Source: Myxococcota bacterium (lineage in GTDB: Bacteria > Myxococcota_A > Polyangia > Polyangiales > Houyiibacteriaceae). From it: DNA of 64,000 nucleotides. Position 1 is the stretch's first letter; each line of letters starts with the position of its first letter. The stretch spans positions 32,001-96,000 of the forward strand of contig JBCCEA010000002.1 of the NCBI GenBank assembly GCA_039030515.1, given 5' to 3'. A program made the position numbers and the translations under genes. Below are positions 9,913-19,612 of this stretch, one piece after another. Below the pieces are notes generated by a model, which saw only the letters and a program-made list of their open reading frames with translations, did no database searches and had not been told where the DNA came from.

Positions 9913-10362
9913 CTAGCGGCTTGTGAGAACGAGCGCGGCGCGGAGGCTCCACAGCACGGTGCGGATCCAGTTGGTGGCGATGAGGCGATCGATGAGGGTA
10001 AGGTCGTACCCTTGAGCGAGCCTGTTGTGGATCGGCACCTGGATGAAGAAGGTGGACGCCCAGGCGAGCAGCACCAGAGCGAGCCCGGTCCATCTCTGCA
10101 GATTCGAAAAGGCGGTTACCTCGGGCAGGAGCACCAAAGCCGCAGCCGAGGCGAGCTCGCCGAGCATGAGAGGAACGACGATAAGCGAAATAGATACGGT
10201 GTGCTGGGCGTGAAACGCTGGGAAGTCGTCTTCGATGACGCTTCTAAACGCCGGGTACCGCCGCAGCTGCACGTCCCAGATCACGACGAACATGCCGAGC
10301 GTGGTCAAAAGATGAACCCACTTCAGCGCCTGAAGCCAACCCGTTGGAACGAGGCCACTCAT
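9913..10362 (-). CDS. Small 4-TM membrane protein (DUF1772/anthrone oxygenase-like)
   Basis: Four hydrophobic helices; STFFIQVPIHNRL and NWIRTVLW; 4-bp overlap with the nei stop. Confidence 0.7.
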   Translation of the reverse strand: MSGLVPTGWLQALKWVHLLTTLGMFVVIWDVQLRRYPAFRSVIEDDFPAFHAQHTVSISLIVVPLMLGELASAAALVLLPEVTAFSNLQRWTGLALVLLAWASTFFIQVPIHNRLAQGYDLTLIDRLIATNWIRTVLWSLRAALVLTSR

Positions 10363-11261
10363 GCGGACTGCTCGCTGGGGGCCTCTGCTGCGCTCAGGGC
10401 GGGGGCCTTGGAGACTCCGGCAGCGCTCTTGTTGAGCGGGACCTGAGGCTGGCAGCCAGGGCAGAAGAAGATGCGGCGCCCAGAAGCCAGATAGCGTTCG
10501 ACGGAGGCATCACATCGGTGACAGAGGTCGCGCTCCCGTCCGAAAACCCAGTGCCGATAGGCCCGCTTTGGACGGCCGGCTCGCTTGAGGCGCGTGACCA
10601 AAGCGGCATCGGTCGTCACGCCCCCGCTCTGGTAGGCGCGCCGCATGGTCTTACACACCGAGCGCGCAAGAAGTGCGAGCACGTCTGCCGGCAGGTCGAC
10701 GGGTCGCAGATCGGGATGCACCCCGGCCTCAAAGAGGATCTCTGAGCGCAGGTAGTTGCCGACGCCGGCGAGAAACGACTGATCGAGCAGCAGGGTAGAA
10801 AGGCGCTTACGGCGAAACTCCGGACGCTCCAGTCGCTTGCGAATGCGGGCTGGCGTCACGGTTTCATGGAGCGGGTCGGGACCGATTCGGGAGAGAAACG
10901 GATGCGCATCGATCCCTTCTCGATCGAGGACGTCGATATCGGTCGCGCTGTAGAGCAAGGCCGCGCCGCGCTCCGTGTGAATCGCAAATCGCAACTGACG
11001 GTTGGTTTTCGGCAGACCGGGCTTATTCCGAATCATCCATCGACCGTAGAGCTGGTTGTGAGAGTAGACCGCCGTCTCTTCTCCAAACCAGGTCAGCATC
11101 GCTTTGCCTCGGGTTTCCACCCGAGTGACGGTCTGGGCCTGAAGCTCCTCTTCGAACTCCTTGAGGCGATCGACCGCGAAGTAGACTTTTTGGATTTCAC
11201 GGCCTCGAACCGCGGCCTCCACCCGGTCTGCTGCGCGCCGTATTTCAGGACCTTCGGGCAT
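10359..11261 (-). CDS. nei: Endonuclease VIII (Fpg/Nei family DNA glycosylase)
   Basis: N-terminal MPEGPE, RGKAML, HNQLYG, LLDQSFLAGVGNYLRSEIL, C-terminal CxxC...CxxC zinc finger. Confidence 0.93.
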   Translation of the reverse strand: MPEGPEIRRAADRVEAAVRGREIQKVYFAVDRLKEFEEELQAQTVTRVETRGKAMLTWFGEETAVYSHNQLYGRWMIRNKPGLPKTNRQLRFAIHTERGAALLYSATDIDVLDREGIDAHPFLSRIGPDPLHETVTPARIRKRLERPEFRRKRLSTLLLDQSFLAGVGNYLRSEILFEAGVHPDLRPVDLPADVLALLARSVCKTMRRAYQSGGVTTDAALVTRLKRAGRPKRAYRHWVFGRERDLCHRCDASVERYLASGRRIFFCPGCQPQVPLNKSAAGVSKAPALSAAEAPSEQSA

Positions 11262-11264
11262 CGT

Positions 11265-12812
11265 CTAAAACTCCAAATCGAAAAGCTCGGTCTGCATCAA
11301 ACCCTCCTCGGCTGGGACAGCGCGGCGCCTCGCTTTTGACGGCCCCTTGCGGCTCCCGTGCCGGCGAAACACCTCTTTGGCCTCCTTACGAGCGGCAGGC
11401 GTCGCACGCAGCTTTTGAAACCTACGCTTGGCCTCCACCGCTGCCCTCGTGCAGTCTACGACCGGCATCGGGTAGTCCGTACCGATACGGCATCGGTAGC
11501 GCAGCTGCGCGTCAAAGCTCATTTTTTGCGGTTCGGCGATATGCTCTGCCGGCACGTGTTCGAGCTCCGGCACCCATCGCTTGATGAACACCCCGTCAGG
11601 GTCCTGATCGCGAACCTGCTTGATGGGCGAGTAGATTCGGAGCGCATTCATCCCGGTCGTGCCGCTTTGCATCTGGATTTGACTGAAGTGAATCCCGGGC
11701 TCGTAGTCCAAGAAAAGACAGGCCAAAAGCAGCGCGGTAGGGCGCCAGTGCAGCCAAAGCAGATAGGACGCAAAGGAAACGACCATCGCGCGCATCCGAA
11801 AGTTCAACCATCCGGTCTCGCTCAGCTGACGCATGCAGGCGTCGACCAGGGGAACACCGGTTTGACCTTGGGCAAACGCCTCAAAACGCTCCTGCGAAAA
11901 CTCCTGTTCCCGCAGCCCGTCGCATGCACGCGACATATTCTCGAACTCAATCGAGGGCTCCGATTCGAGCTTCTGAATGAAGTGACAGTGCCAATGCAAA
12001 CGCTTTTCGAAACTCTGCAGCGCCTTGGGCCAACCGCTCTTGGGCATCCCACGCAGTTGGGCAGCGCGCATCTGCAGGAGCTGGTAGGTGCGTCGCATCG
12101 AGATATTGCCGTACGCGAGGTAGGGGCTGAGTCGACTGCACGCACGGTCTGCCGTGTTGGGCGAGGACATTTCAGTCGGATAGTGGGCTCCCCGACGTTT
12201 GAGGAACTCGCGCAGCGTCACAAGCGCAACCGATTCCCCTCCCCGTTGGGGCGTCACCCGCTTCGATGGGGGCAAGCCGAACTGCTTAGGCTCCAAAATC
12301 CCCACGGACTCGAGGCAGGGTATAGAGCGGATCGACTCCGGCGGCGGCACGGCTGCGCTCTGCATCATCGTCTTCCACTGCGACGCCCATCCGTTTCGGT
12401 TCTTTAGTCCGCGGATCACCCCAAACTGCCGAAACTCGCGAACGCGAAGACCCACCGATCGCGCCCACCGAAAGACGCGCTTGTCCCGAGCGTAGGTGAT
12501 CCCGTTGCCCGTCTCCTCGTGACAGTAGAGGGCTTCAAAGCGATGCGCCTCATGCAGCTGCGCGAGCACCGTTTGAGCTTCTCCCAAGCGGGTGACCAGG
12601 GCGCCGCCGATCTCTCGCAGCGCATCACGCAATTCGGCCAAAGACTCGTTGAGAAACACCAGATGACTGGAGTCGAAATCCTCTGCCTGAATCACCTCCG
12701 GCTCGTACACATAGAGGCAGAGGCAGGGCCCTCTCTTGGCCGCCTCAAACAGCGGAGCATGGTCGGATAGGCGCAGGTCTCTTTTGAACCACACCAGCTG
12801 ATGTTCGCTCAC
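11265..12812 (-). CDS. Photolyase/cryptochrome family FAD-binding protein
   Basis: WFKRDLRLSDH, SRLSPYLAYG, RLHWHCHFIQK, GWLNFRMRAM, FLDYEPGIH, DPDGVFIKRWVPEL. Confidence 0.92.
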   Translation of the reverse strand: MSEHQLVWFKRDLRLSDHAPLFEAAKRGPCLCLYVYEPEVIQAEDFDSSHLVFLNESLAELRDALREIGGALVTRLGEAQTVLAQLHEAHRFEALYCHEETGNGITYARDKRVFRWARSVGLRVREFRQFGVIRGLKNRNGWASQWKTMMQSAAVPPPESIRSIPCLESVGILEPKQFGLPPSKRVTPQRGGESVALVTLREFLKRRGAHYPTEMSSPNTADRACSRLSPYLAYGNISMRRTYQLLQMRAAQLRGMPKSGWPKALQSFEKRLHWHCHFIQKLESEPSIEFENMSRACDGLREQEFSQERFEAFAQGQTGVPLVDACMRQLSETGWLNFRMRAMVVSFASYLLWLHWRPTALLLACLFLDYEPGIHFSQIQMQSGTTGMNALRIYSPIKQVRDQDPDGVFIKRWVPELEHVPAEHIAEPQKMSFDAQLRYRCRIGTDYPMPVVDCTRAAVEAKRRFQKLRATPAARKEAKEVFRRHGSRKGPSKARRRAVPAEEGLMQTELFDLEF

Positions 12813-12850
12813 GGCAGCTCACGTCTCCTACGGCAAGGCTTGTGTGACAG

Positions 12851-12898
12851 GGGTCCCAAGCGACCAAGGGTCCCAAGCGACCAGGGATCCCAAGCGAC
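12851..12898. repeat. 17-bp tandem repeat x~2.8 (GGGTCCCAAGCGACCAA) between the divergent photolyase and biotin carboxylase genes
   Basis: Copies at 12851, 12868 and 12885. Confidence 0.9.
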
Positions 12899-13033
12899 AT
12901 CGCGCCCATTTTTGCTCGGTTTCTACGGACGCATCGGCACAGATGACGTTTCACGGTGCCGACGCCACCCATCGAGGACGAGTTGTCACGCTTCACTCGA
13001 CGGCGTCCGACGAATGCTGTAGAGCCACCGCAA

Positions 13034-14542
13034 ATGCCGAGCAAGGTACTGGTCGCAAACCGGGGAGAAATCGCGGTCCGCGTGATTCGAACCCTTCGAG
13101 AGATGGGCATAAAAAGCGTCGCGGTGTTCAGCGATGCCGATCGCAGCGCGCTTCACGTACGCATGGCAGACGAGGCCTACCCCATCGGCCCTGCGGAGAG
13201 CTCGCAAAGCTATCTGAACGTCCAGCGCTTGCTCGAGGTCTGTCGCCGATGTGGGGCCGACGCCATCCACCCTGGGTACGGGTTTCTGAGCGAAAATCCC
13301 GACTTCGTTGAGGCCTGCGAAAGCGCCGGCATTCTCTTTATCGGACCCGCGGCCAATGCGATGAGGGCCATGGGCAGCAAAACTGCCGCGCGCGCCCGCA
13401 TGATCGAAGCTGGGGTTCCGGTCGTGCCGGGCGCCCATATCCGCGAGGGAGACGATCTCTTGGCGATCGCCCAAAAGCTCGGCTACCCGGTCATGCTCAA
13501 GGCCTCCGCCGGAGGTGGCGGTAAGGGCATGCGCCTGGTGGAGCGGGCGGAGGAGATGGCTGCCGCCTTTGAACGGGCCCGCAGCGAAGCCGAAAAAGCC
13601 TTTGGCGATCCCACCGTGTACATCGAAAAGGCCATCCTCAAGCCACGTCACGTGGAGATTCAAATCCTCGGCGACCGCCACGGCAACCTGGTTCATCTCT
13701 TCGAGCGCGACTGTTCGATTCAGCGTCGTCACCAGAAGGTGGTCGAAGAGACTCCAAGTCCAGCTCCCGAAGCAGATGCAGCTTTGGTCGAGCAGATGGG
13801 TCAGGTGGCGATCCGAGCAGCGCAGGCGGTGCAGTACCACGGAGCGGGCACCGTGGAGTTTTTGCTGGGCGACGGCGGAAACTTTTACTTCCTCGAAATG
13901 AATACCCGTTTGCAGGTAGAACACCCGATCACCGAGTGGGTCACCGGAATCGACCTGGTTCGGGAGCAAATCCGTATCGCGGCTGGAGAGGCACTGGGCT
14001 ACGGCCAAGACGATGTGCAGCGCCGCGGGCACGCGATCGAATGCCGCGTGTATGCTGAGGATCCAAGCATTGGATTCTTGCCAAGCCCCGGCATCATCGA
14101 AGTGCTCCGTACCCCGTCAGGCCCGGGAGTGCGGGACGATTCAGGGGCCTACGAGGGAGCTGAAATCACCAACCACTACGATCCTCTCGTAAGCAAGCTC
14201 AGCGTGTGGGCTCCGACGCGGAAACTTGCACTCGAACGGATGAAGCGCGCGCTGACGGAGTACATCGTGATCGGCCCCGCAACCAACCTGGGTTTTCATC
14301 TGCGACTGATGGAGCACGAGGCGTTTCAGCAAGGACTCTACGATACCGGATTTATCGAACAGTACCGGAGTGCTCTACTCGAGGGCGATCGAGTGGAAGT
14401 CGACGCAAACCTGCTCGCGATGGGTGCGGCTGTGGCGCAAGTGTTTCGACAGCGTCGAGCTACACCGGAACAAGCAACGCTCCGCGCGCCGCAATCGGGA
14501 CCTTCCGCATGGCGCATCGCCACTCTGCCCCGTCAGGGTTAA
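13034..14542 (+). CDS. accC: Acetyl/propionyl-CoA carboxylase, biotin carboxylase subunit
   Basis: KVLVANRGEIA, IHPGYGFLSEN, KASAGGGGKGMR, RDCSIQRRHQK, EMNTRLQVEH. ATG 13034 preferred. Confidence 0.92.
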   Translation: MPSKVLVANRGEIAVRVIRTLREMGIKSVAVFSDADRSALHVRMADEAYPIGPAESSQSYLNVQRLLEVCRRCGADAIHPGYGFLSENPDFVEACESAGILFIGPAANAMRAMGSKTAARARMIEAGVPVVPGAHIREGDDLLAIAQKLGYPVMLKASAGGGGKGMRLVERAEEMAAAFERARSEAEKAFGDPTVYIEKAILKPRHVEIQILGDRHGNLVHLFERDCSIQRRHQKVVEETPSPAPEADAALVEQMGQVAIRAAQAVQYHGAGTVEFLLGDGGNFYFLEMNTRLQVEHPITEWVTGIDLVREQIRIAAGEALGYGQDDVQRRGHAIECRVYAEDPSIGFLPSPGIIEVLRTPSGPGVRDDSGAYEGAEITNHYDPLVSKLSVWAPTRKLALERMKRALTEYIVIGPATNLGFHLRLMEHEAFQQGLYDTGFIEQYRSALLEGDRVEVDANLLAMGAAVAQVFRQRRATPEQATLRAPQSGPSAWRIATLPRQG

Positions 14543-14579
14543 CCGTCAGGAATCTCGCTACAAAGGCGGATTCAACCGC

Positions 14580-15110
14580 CTAAGGCAGAAATCCAATCGA
14601 GGTGCGCATTTCGCCATGGAGCAAATCCTCGATCTTGCTTTGTTCCTCAGCGGAAAGCGTGCCCGAATCGTGCCAAAGCACCTGGGCCGCTTCACTCACC
14701 GCGCCATATCCAAGCGCTCGAAACGGATCGTCACTCTGACGCACCTCGAAGACCAGCTCCTGAGCGCCCAATCGGTGAGTCTCTTGGAATGCACGGGTTG
14801 TCTTGGGTTCCCCGGAAGACTCGAGCTCTAAAGGACTTTCTGAAAGGGCTTCAGAATCCGAGTTGGAATGTAACGATGTAGGCGTCGCGGAACGGATCGG
14901 TGTGGCCAGAAACATACAGACATGCAGCGATCCACAACTACGCCAGCGTTCCACCCTCGAAGGGGTAGTGCATCGGTAGACCGACGCCTCGGTTGGGATC
15001 GTTTGTCCAGCACAACTTGGCGAGTAGGAATCCGGCATATAGGACCAGGAACCCTCCATGAGCACCAAAGGCAATGCCCGGAGATGCTCCATAAAAAAAG
15101 GCGGCACCAC
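14580..15110 (-). CDS. Possible orphan hypothetical protein
   Basis: Longest ORF in the gap; C-terminal half looks protein-like; start uncertain. Confidence 0.3.
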   Translation of the reverse strand: MVPPFFMEHLRALPLVLMEGSWSYMPDSYSPSCAGQTIPTEASVYRCTTPSRVERWRSCGSLHVCMFLATPIRSATPTSLHSNSDSEALSESPLELESSGEPKTTRAFQETHRLGAQELVFEVRQSDDPFRALGYGAVSEAAQVLWHDSGTLSAEEQSKIEDLLHGEMRTSIGFLP

Positions 15111-15218
15111 CTGGTGGTAGAGCCGCCTTCACACAAGGATTTAGCTCTGATCTAGAGCATTAGTCGAATGCGACGCAGGGTTCCGTAACGACAAGGCAAC
15201 GGTTCCGCGTCACGCGGG

Positions 15219-15788
15219 CTACATCGAGGGCAGGAGTACTGAATCTACGACGTGAATCACGCCGTTAGAGCACTCGATATCGGTCTGAACGACCGTTGCG
15301 TTGCCCACCTGAACGCTGCCTCCGTCCACCATGATCGGCAGATCTCCACCCTGTACGGTGGTGGCACTGGAAAGAGAGACGACAGCCTCCGCGCGTACAT
15401 CTCCGGGCACCACGTGATAGGTCAAGACAGCTTGAAGCTGTTCTCGGTTCTCGGGAAGCAAGAGATTGTCCAAGGTGCCTTCCGGCAAAGCAGCAAACGC
15501 TTCGTCGGTGGGCGCGAATACGGTAAAGGGACCTTCTCCCTTGAGCGTGTCCACGAGTCCCGCAGCCTGTACGGCCTGAACCAGCGTATTGAACTGTCCA
15601 GCAGACACTGCGGTGTCCACAATATCTGAAGCCATAGCTTCTTCAGTGCCGGAATATTCACCTCCGCTGGAAGAATCCGCATTGGACATTTCCATAGTGG
15701 TGGATGCAGATTCACTCGAAGAGGAGCCTGCGCACGCAGCGATCAACAGAAAAGAAAAAATCGAGAGCCCGAATGTGCCAAAACGCAT
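15219..15788 (-). CDS. Fasciclin (FAS1) domain lipoprotein
   Basis: Lipobox [50 protein letters not shown]. Confidence 0.93.
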   Translation of the reverse strand: MRFGTFGLSIFSFLLIAACAGSSSSESASTTMEMSNADSSSGGEYSGTEEAMASDIVDTAVSAGQFNTLVQAVQAAGLVDTLKGEGPFTVFAPTDEAFAALPEGTLDNLLLPENREQLQAVLTYHVVPGDVRAEAVVSLSSATTVQGGDLPIMVDGGSVQVGNATVVQTDIECSNGVIHVVDSVLLPSM

Positions 15789-15945
15789 AACGAGATTACC
15801 TCCTGGGCTGACGCATGGAGCTTGTCACCCCTTCGTCTAGTGCCGGACACTAAATCTTCAGAGAGCACAGGTCGAGCTCGAATCGCTGCCTTGGGGCATG
15901 GCTCAAAGATTCGTTCGTGTGCGGGCAAACGATCGCACGCCCGGT

Positions 15946-15987
15946 CTTGGTCTTCCGGAAGGTAGCCTTGGTCTTCTGGAAGGTAGA
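15946..15987. repeat. 21-bp tandem duplication (CTTGGTCTTCYGGAAGGTAG) with an internal palindrome, in a divergent intergenic region
   Basis: Copies at 15946 and 15967. Confidence 0.85.
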
Positions 15988-16041
15988 AGCGATCGTGCGG
16001 GGTTGGGCGCTCTGAACAGCGTTTGCTAGGCTCGGCAGGTT

Positions 16042-17808
16042 TTGACAACGCAGGCTTGGATCACGATCGCAGTGACCATCTCGATGGTTTTCTGTATGGC
16101 GTTCAACTTCGCGGGACCGGAGCTGATCTTGATGGCGGGTCTCACATTGCTCTTGGCATACGGGATTGTCGGTACGGAAGAGGCTTTTGCTGGGTTCAGC
16201 AATCCCGCTGTGGTGACCATCGCGGCGCTCTTTGTGGTGGCTCAAGGCATGCAGGAAACCGGCGCCACGGATATGGTGGCGAGGAAGCTCTTGGGCCGCC
16301 CCCGCTTTACTTGGGGGGCGCAGCTGCGAATGATGACGCCGGTCGCGCTCATGAGCAGCTTCGTCAACAACACTCCGGTCGTGGCGATGACCGTACCGAT
16401 CGTCGTCGACTGGTGTAGACGCTCGAATTTGAGCGCTTCGATGCTGCTGCTGCCGGTAAGCTACGCAGCGATCTTGGGAGGCACCTGCTCACTCATCGGT
16501 ACCAGCACGAACCTGGTCGTGGCGGGCATGGCTGTCGCAAGAGACCCCCAACTGCAGTTCGGCATGTTCGATATCGCTTGGATCGGGCTGCCCGCGCTCG
16601 TTACCGGCAGCATCTACATCTTGATAACGTCACGCTGGTTGCTCAAAGACCGTCGTAAGCGACCCGAGAGCCTCGAAAATCCGAGGGAGTACACCGTTCA
16701 AATGCGGTTGGAAGCGGGTTCACCCATCCTCGATAAGACGATCGAAGAGGCCGGATTACGTCATCTACCGGGCCTCTTCCTGGTGGAGATCGAGAGGTCC
16801 GGAGGCATCATGGCAGCCGTCAGCCCCCGAACGGTGCTCAGAGCCGACGACCTGCTCCTGTTCACCGGGATCATCGAGAGTGTCGTCGATCTTCGCAAGA
16901 TTCGGGGCTTGGTTCCTGCGACCGAAGAGCGCTCCAAACTCGAACGCAGACCCGGGCGCTGCCTTGTCGAGGCCGTGGTCTCTCAGCAGTCTCCACTGGT
17001 CGGGCAAACGATACGGGGATCTCGCTTTCGTAACCATTTCGACGCAGTCGTCATCGCGGTGCATCGACAGGGCGAACGCATCGCTCGTAAAGTCGGCGAT
17101 ATTTGCCTGGAGGCTGGGGACGTACTGCTTCTGGAGACGCACCCTTCTTTTTTGCGCGTTCGACGCAGCGACGGCAACTTCGCGCTAGTGAGTGAAGTTG
17201 CCGGTAGCGAGGAACCTCGACATGAAAGAGCCGGGACGGCGACCGCAGTCCTACTCGCAATGGTGGTCGCCAACGTGAGCGGCTGGGTGCCTCTTGAGGT
17301 CGCTGCGCTGGGCGGCGCCGGATTCATGCTGATCACGCGCTGTCTGACCGGTCAGCAGGCCATTAGGGCTCTTGATATTCGGGTGCTCATCGGGGTTGCA
17401 GCTGCCTTCGGAGTGGGGGCAGCGCTCGAAAACAGTGGCGTAGCGAGTGCGCTCGGGGAACGACTCAGCCAGCTTGGGTCGAGCACCGGACCCGTTGGGG
17501 TGCTTAGCGGTATCTATCTGGTCACATCGATTCTCGCGGCGCTGGTCACGACAAAAGTGGCTGCCGCATTGATTTTTCCCGTCGCTGCCGCTGTCGCAGA
17601 GGGTTTGGCGCTGCCGATGGTGCCCGTCTGCTACGTGCTCATGGTGGCGTCGGCGACGGCCTTCAGCACGCCCATAGGCTATCCAACCAATCTCATGGTC
17701 TATGGACCTGGGGGATATCGCTTTCAGGACTTCATCAAGCTTGGACTCCCACTGCAGGCATTGATTGGTGTTGTCACCGTGAGTATGACCTGGTGGGTGT
17801 GGTTTTGA
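16042..17808 (+). CDS. SLC13/DASS family permease with two TrkA-C domains
   Basis: GFSNPAV, SSFVNNTPVV, LIGTSTNL, two RCK_C-like segments, TPIGYPTNLMVYGPGGY. Confidence 0.92.
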   Translation: MTTQAWITIAVTISMVFCMAFNFAGPELILMAGLTLLLAYGIVGTEEAFAGFSNPAVVTIAALFVVAQGMQETGATDMVARKLLGRPRFTWGAQLRMMTPVALMSSFVNNTPVVAMTVPIVVDWCRRSNLSASMLLLPVSYAAILGGTCSLIGTSTNLVVAGMAVARDPQLQFGMFDIAWIGLPALVTGSIYILITSRWLLKDRRKRPESLENPREYTVQMRLEAGSPILDKTIEEAGLRHLPGLFLVEIERSGGIMAAVSPRTVLRADDLLLFTGIIESVVDLRKIRGLVPATEERSKLERRPGRCLVEAVVSQQSPLVGQTIRGSRFRNHFDAVVIAVHRQGERIARKVGDICLEAGDVLLLETHPSFLRVRRSDGNFALVSEVAGSEEPRHERAGTATAVLLAMVVANVSGWVPLEVAALGGAGFMLITRCLTGQQAIRALDIRVLIGVAAAFGVGAALENSGVASALGERLSQLGSSTGPVGVLSGIYLVTSILAALVTTKVAAALIFPVAAAVAEGLALPMVPVCYVLMVASATAFSTPIGYPTNLMVYGPGGYRFQDFIKLGLPLQALIGVVTVSMTWWVWF

Positions 17809-17819
17809 ACTCGTGGGTG

Positions 17820-17842
17820 ATCCTACAAGGACCTTGTGGGGT
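17820..17842. terminator. Hairpin between convergent genes
   Basis: ATCCTACAAG/CTTGTGGGGT stem including G-U pairs; no clear U-tract. Confidence 0.35.
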
Positions 17843-17887
17843 CCTCTAAAGATAGCGTGGGCGACGGTTCGAATTGCCCCCAAGGGA

Positions 17888-18214
17888 CTAAGCCGGGTTC
17901 GCCACCCATCCTGCACAGTAGCCGGCTGGGTTGATGGGACCGGGCACTAAGGTGCAACCGCCACATTGATTTTCGGCGGCGCTCTCGTAAAGGCTGCAGT
18001 TGGCGCAGTTCTTATCTCGAAATCGAGAGCGCTCTACGTACTGCAGAGAGGTGCGCTGGGTACGCTGAGAGGCGTCGAGACCTGAGGTATCGGTGCAGTC
18101 GAGACCTCCTGATCCACCGCAGGCGGAGAGAATCGAGCTGCCCGCGGCGGCGGTCACGACCAGTGTGCCGCATCGGCGTAGAAGTTCGCGGCGGGTGACT
18201 GTGCGTTCTGTCAT
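17888..18214 (-). CDS. High-potential iron-sulfur protein (HiPIP), predicted Tat lipoprotein
   Basis: TRRELL Tat motif and LSAC lipobox; R.SLQYV...CANC...CGGC...PINPAGYC.W HiPIP pattern. Confidence 0.88.
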   Translation of the reverse strand: MTERTVTRRELLRRCGTLVVTAAAGSSILSACGGSGGLDCTDTSGLDASQRTQRTSLQYVERSRFRDKNCANCSLYESAAENQCGGCTLVPGPINPAGYCAGWVANPA

Positions 18215-18380
18215 GGAAAACGCTTAGGCTCACTCTCCGAGGTCATCAATGGGCTGGTCAAAAAATACCTGAAGGGCGTCAAGGCAGACCAACCAAGCCG
18301 CGATACTTATGGAGACGGACCAAGGTCTGGGCGTGGCCGTCGACAGACGCGTTCGGAATGCCCGCACACGGGGGGCTCGC

Positions 18381-18734
18381 TTAGGCCGGGATGCCCCATT
18401 TCACTCGATTTTCGGCAACTTGCTCGGGTGTCGGACGCTCTTTTTCGTCGTGATCAGGGACGTTCAGTTCGTCTTGTACGGTAGACACCGCCGCGTTCAG
18501 CTCGATGTCTTCCTTGAGCACCTCCGGAACAGCAACGTCTTCGTAGATCGCCTCCCAGGGGCATTCCGGCTCGCATGCGCCACAATCGATGCACTCGTCT
18601 GGATGAATGAAGAGCTGGTCAGGAAACTTGACCTTGTTGTCGCCGGTGTACTCGTAAATGCAGTCCACAGGACATACGTCGACACAACTCTGATCGACAC
18701 AATCACGGCAAAGACGCGTAACGACCCACGGCAT
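18381..18734 (-). CDS. Dicluster ferredoxin (FdxA-like)
   Basis: [17 protein letters not shown] and [26 protein letters not shown]. Confidence 0.93.
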   Translation of the reverse strand: MPWVVTRLCRDCVDQSCVDVCPVDCIYEYTGDNKVKFPDQLFIHPDECIDCGACEPECPWEAIYEDVAVPEVLKEDIELNAAVSTVQDELNVPDHDEKERPTPEQVAENRVKWGIPA

Positions 18735-18742
18735 GGCACTCC

Positions 18743-18797
18743 TTCATTGGCAAGGGCATGTGTTCACTGGCAAGGGCATGTGTTCACTGACTAGGGC
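18743..18797. repeat. 20-bp tandem repeat x~2.7 (TTCACTGGCAAGGGCATGTG) abutting the ferredoxin RBS
   Basis: Copies at 18743, 18763 and a partial copy at 18783. Confidence 0.9.
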
Positions 18798-18962
18798 GCT
18801 GTGGCCCGCTGTGGCTGAGTCCTACTTAGCAACGACCACTCGAAAATCAACGGACGCCACTTTACTCAAGGCCGAGCAGCAAAAGCAAATCGCGCGAAAC
18901 CTGTTAAGACGCCCGCATCTCAGGACCAGCCAGCGCGCAGTTTTGAGTCTACGTCGCCCGCA

Positions 18963-19550
18963 TCATCTTGGCGCCGGATGACACGCGTAGCAGCTGATCT
19001 GGGACCAGCCCAGCATCTGCTGCGCTGCCGGCATGAGGGCGGTCGCCATGAACTCGACCATGTCGGGAAACGACTGCATCATCCAGTCGTGCTCCGGCGT
19101 GCCGGGCGGGGGGATCACCATGCGGTTTGCACTGGGCATCGCAAAACCACGCTCTGGCCCTTCCTCACCGTGACAGTGGACACAGCTAAACTCGGCATAC
19201 CGATCTCTACCGAGATCGCGAGCGAATAGTTCGGCGGTGACCGGCAGGAATTTCCCGATCATGTACCACTTCCGAGCCTCGTAGTTCATCGACTCCCAAG
19301 GGTCGTCGGGCGGCCCCATCCCGAGCATCTCGATCGCGCTTTGCGTCCCGTGGTCGATTCGCGGCGGTCGCTCAAAATCGCTCATATCGTCGAAGGCGAG
19401 CGGATCACCAACGTGTTCGCCTCCGGCGCTCGCCTCCGGATGGCTAAGGGCTGGCTGGGCATCGCCGGAGCAGCCGAGGAACCACAAGAGCGCCCCCGCA
19501 CTCCACCAATCGAAGAGCCGTCGCCCAAAGAAACACTGCCGCACGGTCAT
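18963..19550 (-). CDS. Putative diheme c-type cytochrome lipoprotein
   Basis: CVHCH and CYACH motifs, Met-rich, FLGC lipobox. Start 19550 avoids overlap with the MFS gene. Confidence 0.75.
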   Translation of the reverse strand: MTVRQCFFGRRLFDWWSAGALLWFLGCSGDAQPALSHPEASAGGEHVGDPLAFDDMSDFERPPRIDHGTQSAIEMLGMGPPDDPWESMNYEARKWYMIGKFLPVTAELFARDLGRDRYAEFSCVHCHGEEGPERGFAMPSANRMVIPPPGTPEHDWMMQSFPDMVEFMATALMPAAQQMLGWSQISCYACHPAPR

Positions 19551-19612
19551 GTTCGCGACTATACCGGATCGGCACGGCCCGCCCGAACCCAACACGCCGC
19601 ATCCCGAGGAAG

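Noticed and set aside
11358..14032. Long antisense ORFs (11358-12407, 12986-14032, and similar ones such as 51431-52426 and 60422-61234)
   Set aside because: Shadows of well-supported genes on the opposite strand, typical of high-GC codon bias.
14530..14550. CCGTCAGG repeated across the accC stop (13-bp period)
   Set aside because: Only 8 bp match; could be an eroded stop-spanning duplication but was not counted.
18309..18794. 161-aa + strand ORF
   Set aside because: Antisense to the clear ferredoxin gene.
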